Shown: positions 7,595 to 16,068 of the stretch, one piece after another
How the letters are laid out: each line of letters begins with the position of its first letter
Position numbering within the stretch: the first letter of the stretch is position 1
Virus record (IMG/VR): IMGVR_UViG_3300036856_000040
Span: 1-45,076 of that record
DNA: 45,076 nucleotides
Strand: one strand, 5' to 3'
Origin: a virus
Lineage: Duplodnaviria > Caudoviricetes
Made by a program: the position numbers and the translations under genes
The notes under the pieces: generated by a model
The model's database searches: none
The model's input: only the letters and a program-made list of their open reading frames with translations
Told to the model about the DNA's origin: nothing

Positions 7595-8097
7595 GCGGCG
7601 AGGTCGCTTTCGCGGTCGAGATCTCCGAGGACCGTAAGCACGCGGCGATCGTGGCGGCCGGCCGTGAGCAGGGCGGCCCCCGGGTTGTCGTGGATCTGGT
7701 CTTTTACGATCACCCGCGCGGCGCGGTGGCGCGGCTGGCGGCGCTGGCCGAGAAGCATGACCCGGTGGCGACGGTGGTTGACCTGCGGTCGCAGGCGGGG
7801 ACGCTGGTCCGCCCGCTGGCCGACGCCGGGGTGTTCCTGACGAAGCCGCAGCCACTTGACGTGGCGGTGGCTCACGGCGAGTTCCTGGACCTGGTGAACG
7901 ACGGCCGGATGGCCCATCTTGACCAGGCACCGCTGACGGCCGCGGTCCGCGCGGCGCAGCAGAGGGCGCTGTCGGGCGCGCAGGCGTGGGAGCGGCGCGT
8001 GCCGGTTGACCAGTCGCCGCTGGTGGCGGCGACGCTGGCGTGCTGGGCGTTCACGCGGTGGGAAGAGATGGCCACGCCAAGTACCTGGGCTCTGTAG
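7591..8097 (+). CDS. Terminase large subunit, nuclease domain (separate gene)
   Basis: AFAVEISEDR, VVVDL, HLDQAPLTAAV, AWERR..DQSPLVAATLA; GTGA overlap with the ATPase gene. Confidence 0.8.
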   Translation: MSGEVAFAVEISEDRKHAAIVAAGREQGGPRVVVDLVFYDHPRGAVARLAALAEKHDPVATVVDLRSQAGTLVRPLADAGVFLTKPQPLDVAVAHGEFLDLVNDGRMAHLDQAPLTAAVRAAQQRALSGAQAWERRVPVDQSPLVAATLACWAFTRWEEMATPSTWAL

Positions 8098-8110
8098 CGA
8101 GGAGATGACG

Positions 8111-8326
8111 ATGCGCCTGTCCGCAACCCTGCTGCTCGTCTCCCTCGCCGGGATCCTGGGCGGCGCGGCCCTGATCGGCCTGTGGGCGCTCGGCCTGGCC
8201 ATCATCGCTGACTCGGTGGCGATCGGCGTGTACGCGCTTCTCCGTGAGCCTGAGGGCCGCGCACGGCCATCTGTGCACGAGGTGCCGACGCTCGCGCAGG
8301 TGCTGGAGAGGGCCAGGGCCTCGTGA
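8111..8326 (+). CDS. Small membrane protein upstream of portal
   Basis: GAGGAG SD; two hydrophobic segments. Confidence 0.7.
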   Translation: MRLSATLLLVSLAGILGGAALIGLWALGLAIIADSVAIGVYALLREPEGRARPSVHEVPTLAQVLERARAS

Positions 8327-8571
8327 GCGCCCGGTATCAGACGAAGGTCTCGCATGAGCTGATCGAGGCGTGGGATACATCGCTGCTGCCTGACGGGTTG
8401 CGGATCGTCGAGATAGGACCGCTTGACCCGGCCAGCCATGACCTCTGGCACGTCGTGACCTTCGACGATGACGGAGCACCAGAGGAGCTGAACGGCAAGA
8501 TGGTCACCCCGTCGTTCCAGAGGGACCTCGACGGGACGGTGGCCATCGTCGGTCGGGACATCGACCTGTGA
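8323..8571 (+). CDS. Hypothetical protein
   Basis: GTGA overlaps on both sides. Confidence 0.65.
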   Translation: MSARYQTKVSHELIEAWDTSLLPDGLRIVEIGPLDPASHDLWHVVTFDDDGAPEELNGKMVTPSFQRDLDGTVAIVGRDIDL

Positions 8572-9983
8572 GGCTCCTTGACCGGCTGATCCGCCGTGAC
8601 GGCTACTGGGAGGGCATGGCCTCCGGCGCGGCCGTCCTGACCACCAGCTACGCCTCCCCGGACCGTGAGCCGGTCATGCCGCAGATGACGTCGTGGGCGC
8701 AGTCGGCTTACGGGTCCAACGCGGTGATCTTCGGCGCGATCCTGGCCCGCATGTCGCTGTTCACCGAGGTCACGTTCAAGCTGCAGGCCAAGGACGACAA
8801 GCACCTGTTCGGCAACTCCTCACTGGCCGTCCTGGAGGAGCCGTGGACGGGCGGCACGACCGGTGACCTGCTGGCCCGCATGGAGCAGGACGTTTCCCTG
8901 GTCGGCAACGCCTACATCTGGGACGCGCCCGGTGAGGACCGGCTGGTGCGGCTGCGGCCGGACTGGACGACGATCGTGTCCGAGCTGGTCCTGGTGCCCG
9001 GCGGCGGCCAGTACCGGCGCAAGGTGGGCTACTGGGTGGAGCCGCCGAAGTCGGTGCTCGGCCAGGGCGGCGGCCAGTTCTACCCGGCCGACGAGGTGGT
9101 CCACTGGGCGCCGATCCCGGACCCGGCGGCGGACTTCCGGGGCATGTCGTGGCTGACCCCCGCCTACCGGGACGTGCTCGGTGACGACGGCCTGTCCCGG
9201 TACAAGATCAAGTACCTGGAGAACAACGCCTCCCCGAACCTGCTGATCAAGTACGCGCAGAAGCTGCAGCCGGGGACGGTCGACGCGATCCGGGAGCGGA
9301 TGCAGGGCCGCTACGGCGGTGTCGCCAACGCCTTCAAAACGCTTGTGCTGGATCAGGGCGCGGACGCGACGGTGATCGGCAACAGCCTGGCCCAGATGGA
9401 CTTCTCGGCCGTCTCTGCGGTCGGCACGGACCGGATACTCGTCGCGGCGGGTGTGCCGGGCATCCTGATCGGCCTGGATTCACTCAGCGGCGCGGGGCGC
9501 AGTTATGGCGAGGTGGTGCAGAAGTTCGGCAACACCTGGGCGCGCCCGCAGTGGCGCAGTGTGTGCGGGGCGCTGGCGCAGCTGGTGACCGTCCCGGCCG
9601 GTAACCGGCTCTGGTACGACACGTCTGATATCGCGGCGCTGCAGGACAGTGAGACGACCCGCGCGCAGGCGGCCCTGGTGCGTGCTCAGGCGCTGCTGGC
9701 GGCCTACCAGGCGGGTTACGACCGGCAGAGCGCGATCGCGTTCGTCGACTCGGGCGATGTGGGCCAGCTGAAGGTGGCACCCACCCCGCCGAAGCCCCCG
9801 GCGGGGAATGTCCAGCATCTGCTGCCGCAGGCGCAGCCGGGCGCGACCGCTGACCCGCTCCCGGCGACGATGCCCCGGATCCCGGTCGGCTCGACGTCGG
9901 CCGGTGACGGCGGGAACGGGACGCGGCCGACGCCGCGGCCGGCCAGTGCCCGGCGCAGCCTGAACGGAGACGGTCATGGCTGA
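8568..9983 (+). CDS. Portal protein (HK97 family)
   Basis: LVGNAYI, RLRPDW, FRGMSWL, YLENNASP, VPGILIG; position after terminase. Confidence 0.9.
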   Translation: MRLLDRLIRRDGYWEGMASGAAVLTTSYASPDREPVMPQMTSWAQSAYGSNAVIFGAILARMSLFTEVTFKLQAKDDKHLFGNSSLAVLEEPWTGGTTGDLLARMEQDVSLVGNAYIWDAPGEDRLVRLRPDWTTIVSELVLVPGGGQYRRKVGYWVEPPKSVLGQGGGQFYPADEVVHWAPIPDPAADFRGMSWLTPAYRDVLGDDGLSRYKIKYLENNASPNLLIKYAQKLQPGTVDAIRERMQGRYGGVANAFKTLVLDQGADATVIGNSLAQMDFSAVSAVGTDRILVAAGVPGILIGLDSLSGAGRSYGEVVQKFGNTWARPQWRSVCGALAQLVTVPAGNRLWYDTSDIAALQDSETTRAQAALVRAQALLAAYQAGYDRQSAIAFVDSGDVGQLKVAPTPPKPPAGNVQHLLPQAQPGATADPLPATMPRIPVGSTSAGDGGNGTRPTPRPASARRSLNGDGHG

Positions 9984-11241
9984 GACCAGCCCCGGCGACG
10001 TCCGGGCCACCGAGCGGCTGCACAAGTACTGGGTGCACGGCGAGGGCGCGGCGAAGATCCGCTGGGGCGAGCCCAATGACTTCGCTCGCTGTGTCGAGCA
10101 CCTCGGCAAGTTCATCCGCGACCCAGAGGGTTACTGCAACCTGGCGCACAAGGCCGCCACCGGCATGTACCCCGCACAGCACGCCAAGGAACTCGCCGGA
10201 AGGGCGGACATGGCCGACACGAAGGCACCAGCCAGGCCCTACGGGGACGTGAAGTACGCCGACCCGAAAAACGGCAAGTACCCGGTCGACACCGAAGAGC
10301 ACGCCCGGGCGGCCTGGTCGTACATCAACATGCCGAAGAACGCCAGCCAGTACCCGATGAACGGCGTGACTCTGGCCGAGGTCAAGGCGGCGATCATGGT
10401 GGCGTGCAAGAAGTTCGGCATCGATACCAGCGGCGGCGACAGCGCTCCGGCCAGCGGCGCCTCGCGGGCCGAGTACATGCGGCTGTACAACCTGGAGGAC
10501 ATCCACATCCTGCGGTCGGCCGACGGTGGCGACGGGCGCACCGTCGAGGCCTACGCCGCGGTGTTCGACGACCCGGCCGAGATCCAGGACCACGAAGGCC
10601 ACTACGTGGAGACGATCGACCCGGCCGCGTTCAACCGGGCGATTGACCACGCCTCCCGGGCCCGCGGCGGCTTCCCCGGCGCGGTGAAAGTCCTCTACAA
10701 CCACGGCATGACGATCCAGGGCACCCCGTCGGAGCGGTTCTCCGTCCCGATCGGCGTCCCCGTTGAGATCCGCGCTGAGACCCGGGGCCTGCTGACCCGC
10801 ACCCGTTACAGCGACACCCCGCTGGCCGAGGAGATCCTGGAATCGGTCCGGGCCGGGTCGATCACGTCCCAGTCGTTCACGGGCCGGATCGTCCGCTCCA
10901 CCCCGCAGCTGCGCACCGGGGACCGCTACCGGCCCCGGTCCGGCTCGCTGACCACTGTCCGCCGCACCGAGCTGGGCCTGCGCGAGTACGGCCCGGTCCT
11001 GTGGCCCGCCTACTCCGGCGCCGAGATCCTCGGTGTCCGCATGTCCACTCCTGGCCAATTCCAGGACCCGGGCGAAACCGAAGAGAACGACCCCGGCACT
11101 CCCCCCGATGAGGGACCCGCCACCGGCGACCCGCTCGCGCGCATGGAAGGCGACGACGAGCACTCGGCCCGGTATCACCAGCACGCGCTCTACCGGCTCC
11201 GCTCGCAGGAGCTGCGCGAGAGCAAAGGGCTGGTCTGGTAA
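9976..11241 (+). CDS. HK97-type prohead protease with two extra N-terminal domains
   Basis: VEAYAAVFD, ETIDPAAFNR, VLYNHG, GLLTRTR, SQSFTG, LREYGPVLWPAY; N-terminal YWVHGEGAAKIRWG and PYGDVKYADP..YPVDT..ARAAWSYI modules. Confidence 0.85.
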   Translation: MAETSPGDVRATERLHKYWVHGEGAAKIRWGEPNDFARCVEHLGKFIRDPEGYCNLAHKAATGMYPAQHAKELAGRADMADTKAPARPYGDVKYADPKNGKYPVDTEEHARAAWSYINMPKNASQYPMNGVTLAEVKAAIMVACKKFGIDTSGGDSAPASGASRAEYMRLYNLEDIHILRSADGGDGRTVEAYAAVFDDPAEIQDHEGHYVETIDPAAFNRAIDHASRARGGFPGAVKVLYNHGMTIQGTPSERFSVPIGVPVEIRAETRGLLTRTRYSDTPLAEEILESVRAGSITSQSFTGRIVRSTPQLRTGDRYRPRSGSLTTVRRTELGLREYGPVLWPAYSGAEILGVRMSTPGQFQDPGETEENDPGTPPDEGPATGDPLARMEGDDEHSARYHQHALYRLRSQELRESKGLVW

Positions 11242-11265
11242 CCAGACCGAACGGAGGCGCGGCAG

Positions 11266-12666
11266 ATGGCCACGCTGCAGGAAATCCTCGACGAGCAGGC
11301 GAGGATCAAGAACGAGCTTCAGCGCATGGAAGAGGACGACAGCGTCACCGAAGAGGACTCCGGTGACCTGCGCGACACTCTCGTCCAGCGGTGGGAGCAG
11401 CTGGACACCAAGGCCAAGCCGCTGATCGAGCGGATGGAGAAGGTCCGCGGCATCACCCGTACGGCCGGCGACCCGGCCAACCTCGAAGGCCCCGACGACA
11501 GCGCCAGCCGGTACCAGGGCGGCTCCCCGGACCTGCTGGTCCGCACGAACCGTGACCCGTACGACAACAACGAGGCCGTCCGCGGCCGCGTCGTGGCCCG
11601 GTCCGAGCTGCTGTCCCGGGGCCTGGACTCGATCGAGCTGGAAGCCAAGCGGGGCAACCTGTCCCACGACTTCGCCGAGGCCGCCACCGGGAAGGCGCAG
11701 GGCAACCCGGGCATCGCCCGGCACCTGCTGCTGACCGGCAGCGAGGAGTACCAGGAGAACTTCCGCGCCTACGTCGAGGACCCGCAGGGCAACGCCCAGC
11801 GTGCCGCCCTGTCCCTGACCCTGGCCAACGGCGGCTACCTGCTGCCGTACGTCCTGGACCCGACGATCATCCTCACCAACACCGGGTCGGCGAACCCGTG
11901 GCGGCGGATCTCCAACGTCAAGCAGACCACCTCCAACACCTGGAACGGCGTCACCTCGGCCGGTGTCAACGCGGCGTGGCTCGCTGAAGGCACGATCGTC
12001 ACCGACGGCACCCCCACCGTCGGGAACGTGGCGATCACCCCGCAGAAGGCCAGCGCCTGGGTGTTCGGCTCGTACGAGGTGCTGGAGGACACCGACTTCG
12101 GCCAGCAGCTCCCCCGGCTGCTCGCCGACGCCAAGGACCGCCTGGAGGAGGCCGCGTTCGCGACCGGCGCCGGGTCCGGCGGCGTCCCCCAGGGAGTCAT
12201 CACCGGCGCCACCACCGTGGTCACCACGGCCACCACGCTGGTCATCGCGGTCGGCGACGTGTACGCGGTCCAGGGCGCGCTGCCGCCCCGGTTCCGCAAC
12301 GCCCCCGGCTGCTCGTGGGTCGCCAACGTGTCGATCATCAACTCGTTCCGGCAGCTCGACACCGCCGGCGGTGCGTCCTTCTGGACGAACCTGGGCAAGG
12401 GCCAGCCGGAAACGCTGCTCGGTGCCCCGATCTACGAGTCGACGTCGATGTCCGGGACCAAGGCCGTCGGGTCGCTGGAGGCCGTGTTCGGGGACTTCGG
12501 GCAGTTCTTCATCGTGGATCGTGTGGGGGTGAGCCTGATCTATGAGCCCTTGGTCAAGGGCACGGGCGGCATCCTGCCGGCTGGACAAGCTGGTTGGTTC
12601 ATGTTCTGGCGCACGGGCAGTCAAGTGGCTGTTCCCAACGCTTTCCGGGTCATGAAGGGGTTGTAA
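11266..12666 (+). CDS. Major capsid protein (HK97 family)
   Basis: N-terminal coiled-coil delta domain, [34 protein letters not shown]. Confidence 0.95.
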   Translation: MATLQEILDEQARIKNELQRMEEDDSVTEEDSGDLRDTLVQRWEQLDTKAKPLIERMEKVRGITRTAGDPANLEGPDDSASRYQGGSPDLLVRTNRDPYDNNEAVRGRVVARSELLSRGLDSIELEAKRGNLSHDFAEAATGKAQGNPGIARHLLLTGSEEYQENFRAYVEDPQGNAQRAALSLTLANGGYLLPYVLDPTIILTNTGSANPWRRISNVKQTTSNTWNGVTSAGVNAAWLAEGTIVTDGTPTVGNVAITPQKASAWVFGSYEVLEDTDFGQQLPRLLADAKDRLEEAAFATGAGSGGVPQGVITGATTVVTTATTLVIAVGDVYAVQGALPPRFRNAPGCSWVANVSIINSFRQLDTAGGASFWTNLGKGQPETLLGAPIYESTSMSGTKAVGSLEAVFGDFGQFFIVDRVGVSLIYEPLVKGTGGILPAGQAGWFMFWRTGSQVAVPNAFRVMKGL

Positions 12667-12717
12667 AGGGTCCTAAAACTGTTATACTCCAGAGTATGAA
12701 ACAGGACTCTGGAGTAT
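12661..12717 (+). promoter_or_regulatory. SigA-like promoter and 12-bp hairpin enclosing the HNH start codon
   Basis: TTGTAA-16-TATACT with TGn extension; ATACTCCAGAGT-ATGAAACAGG-ACTCTGGAGTAT. Confidence 0.65.
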
Positions 12718-13511
12718 GCAGCGTGGAGGAATGCGACCGGGCCGTAGTGGCGCGTGGCTGGTGCCGCCGCCACTACGCCCGGTGGCAGCGAACGGGCCAG
12801 ATTGAGGCCCGCCCCTGGCAGCGGCAGGATCAGTGCTCGGTAGACGGCTGCGAGCGGCCAGCCGAGTCGGGCGGCTACTGCTCAATGCACCGCTGGCGTA
12901 TCCGCAGCACCGGCACCCCGGGACCTGCTGAGCGCCTGAAGCGTGAGCCGCTACCGGAACCACAGCCGAGGCGGCGGCCGCCGCCGGAAGGCCCGTGCTC
13001 GGTAGACGGCTGCGACCGCAAGCTGGACCGGGCTGGCCTCTGCCGGGCGCACTACAAGAGAAAGCTGAAAGGCGCGAGCCTGACGGCACCCGTGCGGCCC
13101 AGGATGAAGCGTGAAGGCCCGTGCTCGGTAGACGGCTGCGACCGTCCTGCCCAGACTCGCGGCTACTGCCATCTGCACTACATGCGCGTCATTCGCACTG
13201 GCGAGCCAGGGTCGGCAGATTACCGGCCGCGGACCGGCCCCGGTAATGGCTACCGGGAAGTGCGGGCCAACGGCCAGCGATACCTAGAGCATCGCTACGT
13301 GATGGAAAAGCACCTCGGCCGTCCGCTATGGCCAGATGAGAACGTGCACCACAAGAACGGCCAGCGCGCGGACAACCGGATCGAGAACCTGGAGCTGTGG
13401 GCCAAGGCCCAGCCAGCCGGGCAGCGCGTGGCCGACATCATGGACTTCTACGTGCGCCGCTACCCCGATGAGGCCCGCAAGGTGCTGCGCAAGCTCAGAG
13501 AGGACGCCTAA
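12696..13511 (+). CDS. Free-standing HNH homing endonuclease with four C-x4-C...C-x2-H zinc modules
   Basis: [36 protein letters not shown]; repeated CSVDGC.R...RG.C..HY. Confidence 0.9.
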   Translation: MKQDSGVCSVEECDRAVVARGWCRRHYARWQRTGQIEARPWQRQDQCSVDGCERPAESGGYCSMHRWRIRSTGTPGPAERLKREPLPEPQPRRRPPPEGPCSVDGCDRKLDRAGLCRAHYKRKLKGASLTAPVRPRMKREGPCSVDGCDRPAQTRGYCHLHYMRVIRTGEPGSADYRPRTGPGNGYREVRANGQRYLEHRYVMEKHLGRPLWPDENVHHKNGQRADNRIENLELWAKAQPAGQRVADIMDFYVRRYPDEARKVLRKLREDA

Positions 13512-13726
13512 TGGCCGCTCGCTACGCGCTCCAGCAGTTCGTGTTCCACAACTCGGTCACCGGTTCCGAGGAGTGCGTCGTCCAGGGCGCGCAGCGGGAC
13601 AGCGTGACCTCTCAGGCGTTCCTGGAGTCGCCGTCGTCGTTCTGGTCGACTACGCCGCTGACGGCGGCGGCCGGCCAGATCGACCCGAAGCTTGCCGCCT
13701 ACCTGGCGGCGTACCCGAGCACGTAG
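13511..13726 (+). CDS. Hypothetical head-region protein
   Basis: GAGGA SD; TAATG overlap. Confidence 0.65.
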   Translation: MAARYALQQFVFHNSVTGSEECVVQGAQRDSVTSQAFLESPSSFWSTTPLTAAAGQIDPKLAAYLAAYPST

Positions 13727-13735
13727 GAGACCCCG

Positions 13736-13948
13736 ATGGCGCAGCAGGCGCAGGACACGTTCGTGGCCGTGCTGGAGGACGGCAGCGAGCAGCTGGTGAC
13801 CAAGGGCGAGGTGCTGCCGGATTCTCACGAGCTGGTGAAGCGGAACGCCAAGGGCGGCGGCACCTTGTTCCAGCCGCTGAACATCGACGGCGATGACGCC
13901 CCGAAGACGCGGGCGACGTCGCGGGCGAAGGGGAAGAGCAATGGCTGA
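13736..13948 (+). CDS. Hypothetical head-region protein
   Basis: AGGAG SD; V.KGEVLPDSHELVK..LF pattern seen after actinophage capsid genes. Confidence 0.7.
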   Translation: MAQQAQDTFVAVLEDGSEQLVTKGEVLPDSHELVKRNAKGGGTLFQPLNIDGDDAPKTRATSRAKGKSNG

Positions 13949-14285
13949 CGTGCACGGCAGCCCGGCGGATTACCCGCAGGAGCCGCAGGCCAGCCAGCCC
14001 GGCCCGGCACCGGCTCCCTACGACCCGGGCTCGACGTCGCCCATCTTCGTGGGCGGTGACAACGACGCGGGCGGCCGGGATGACGTGGCCGGGACGGTTC
14101 AGGGCGCGGTGGACGCGGCCACGGCCCGCTGGCACGAGTACGAGTCCGACACCTTCGGCCAGGGCAGCACGTACGGCGACGTCGTGACGATGCCGCCGAA
14201 CCCGCTCGACCCGGGCGTCGGCTCGCTGGGCAACACCGACCCGGCCGGCGCTTTCTACGACCCGCCGCGGAACTACGGAGGCTGA
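13941..14285 (+). CDS. Acidic Pro/Gly-rich hypothetical protein
   Basis: Overlaps the upstream gene; high GC3. Confidence 0.7.
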   Translation: MADVHGSPADYPQEPQASQPGPAPAPYDPGSTSPIFVGGDNDAGGRDDVAGTVQGAVDAATARWHEYESDTFGQGSTYGDVVTMPPNPLDPGVGSLGNTDPAGAFYDPPRNYGG

Positions 14286-14286
14286 C

Positions 14287-14484
14287 ATGGACATTCAGGC
14301 ACCCGACGGCGAAGCGGCGATCAGCGCGGCGGCCGATGCGGCCATGTCGCTGACCCAGCCCGGCGGGCCGCGGCAGGCGATGACCGAGTCGCTGCTGACC
14401 TCACCCCCGGGCTACGGGGAGCACGACATCGACGCGGGCTTCACCGGCGACTGGCCCAACAACGTCACGCCGCCGGGCATGTGA
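14287..14484 (+). CDS. Hypothetical protein
   Basis: GGAGG SD. Confidence 0.65.
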   Translation: MDIQAPDGEAAISAAADAAMSLTQPGGPRQAMTESLLTSPPGYGEHDIDAGFTGDWPNNVTPPGM

Positions 14485-15128
14485 CTGAGCACGCCGTTGT
14501 CGGCTACGTGCACGGCGGCACGGTCCGCGCCGAGTTCGCCGCCTCCTTGCTGGCCGTGGCGATGGAGGGCCAGACCCGCGTCGACGCGGTGATCGCGGTC
14601 GGTTCGGGCCCGAACATCTCGACGGCCCGGAACATGGTGGCCCGCTCGTTCCTGGAGGAGCGGGACGCGCCGTGGCTGCTGATGTGCGACACCGACATGT
14701 GGTTCGGGGCGGCCACCCTGGACCGGCTGATCGCCGCGGCGGACCCGGTGGAACGCCCGGTGGTCGGCGGCCTGTGCTTCTCCCAGAACACCGACAACGG
14801 CGGCGGCGAGCCCTACTCGACGATGTATGAGCCGGTGGACCGCGACGGTGAGCTGGCGTTCGTCCGCTACAAGAAGTGGCCGGAGGACACCTGCGTCCGG
14901 GTCGGGGCGACGGGCGCGGCGTGCCTGCTGATCCACCGCACCGCGCTGGAGACGGTGGCCAAACTGACCGGCGACCGGGCGGCCCCGTGGTTCAGGGAGA
15001 CGGCGATCGGCGGCGCGCTGGTCGGCGAGGATCTGACGTTCTGCCTGCGCTGCGCGAGGGCCGGTGTCCCGGTGCACGTTCACACGGGTGTCCACGTCGG
15101 GCACATGAAGACAACGATGCTGATCTGA
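14481..15128 (+). CDS. Glycosyltransferase (GT-A fold, GT2-like)
   Basis: STARNMV, WLLMCDTDM (DxD), GAACLLIHR, GEDLTFCLR, VHVGH. Confidence 0.85.
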   Translation: MTEHAVVGYVHGGTVRAEFAASLLAVAMEGQTRVDAVIAVGSGPNISTARNMVARSFLEERDAPWLLMCDTDMWFGAATLDRLIAAADPVERPVVGGLCFSQNTDNGGGEPYSTMYEPVDRDGELAFVRYKKWPEDTCVRVGATGAACLLIHRTALETVAKLTGDRAAPWFRETAIGGALVGEDLTFCLRCARAGVPVHVHTGVHVGHMKTTMLI

Positions 15129-15138
15129 GGATGGTGAC

Positions 15139-15552
15139 GTGTTCCTCATCACGTGCCCGGGCTGCATGACCCAGGCGTTCACTGACTGCACCTGCCCGCC
15201 CGGCCTCGCCGAGGCGACCGGCGCGCATCACCCCGGCTGCCAGCTCGCTAGCATCGGCGCGAACGTGGTGTGCCCGCCGGGCAGCGACTGCTGCCAGCAG
15301 GACCACGACCACGACGCCGCGGCCAGCGCCTGCCCTGGCGGCCATGAGGGTGCCGCGTGCCCGGAGCCCGGCTCGTGCCCGGTGTGGGCGTCGGCGACCG
15401 CGGACGCCCGGCATCCGGCCTACAGCGGCGAGGCCCCGGGGGACTGCCCGGGCGGTCACTGCCATAAGGACGTGGACGGCTGCACGGTGTGCCGGCCGCT
15501 GATCATCACCGCTGCCGGGAGCGCGGCGCAGATTTCGGGAGTGGGTGCCTGA
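15139..15552 (+). CDS. Cys/His-rich protein
   Basis: 15 Cys and 8 His in 137 aa; repeated CPGGH. Confidence 0.65.
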   Translation: MFLITCPGCMTQAFTDCTCPPGLAEATGAHHPGCQLASIGANVVCPPGSDCCQQDHDHDAAASACPGGHEGAACPEPGSCPVWASATADARHPAYSGEAPGDCPGGHCHKDVDGCTVCRPLIITAAGSAAQISGVGA

Positions 15553-15994
15553 CATGGCGCAGACCGCGATTGACCAGGCGAAATCCTCGCTGATGCTGAA
15601 TGCGCTGCTGCCGGTGGGGACGGCCGGTATCCCCGGTACCCAGCTGACGGCCCTGCCCGCGACGGCGATGAAGCTGAAGCTGACGTCGACGGCCAGTTCC
15701 GGGTCCGCGTCGGGCACCGAGCTGTCCGGCACGGGGTACACGACCGGCGGGATCGCCTCGACGACGGCCAGCACCACCAGCTCGTCCGGGTCTTCGGTGA
15801 CGCTGCCGTCCGGGACGTCCCCGTTCTCGTGGACGAATGGGTCCGGCTCCTCCTGGACGATCGTGTCGCTGGAACTGACTGACGGGTCCGGCGGCCGGGT
15901 CTGGTTCGGCAACTGGAACGGCCAGCCGATCAGCGTGGCCAACGGCAACACGTTCGCGGTGGCGGCGAACGCGATCACGGCCGGCGGTTTCTGA
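15545..15994 (+). CDS. Ser/Thr/Gly-rich virion appendage-associated protein
   Basis: GTELSGTGY...beta-rich C-terminus ending ANAIT; precedes the large appendage gene. Confidence 0.65.
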   Translation: MPDMAQTAIDQAKSSLMLNALLPVGTAGIPGTQLTALPATAMKLKLTSTASSGSASGTELSGTGYTTGGIASTTASTTSSSGSSVTLPSGTSPFSWTNGSGSSWTIVSLELTDGSGGRVWFGNWNGQPISVANGNTFAVAANAITAGGF

Positions 15995-16068
15995 CCCCGC
16001 GGATCTGCCCTGGCGGCCTGACCGGCCGGGAAGGTGTGCGGTGACCAGCCCGGCCGGGAGGTGAAGCG

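Noticed and set aside
9484-12624. 1046-aa minus-strand ORF and other long antisense ORFs (6371-7930, 24224-25909, 35551-37047)
   Set aside because: Shadow frames of high-GC3 genes on the opposite strand; no recognisable motifs.
12833-13144. 32-bp repeats as a CRISPR array
   Set aside because: In-frame coding repeats of zinc modules; spacing too long and irregular; no cas genes.
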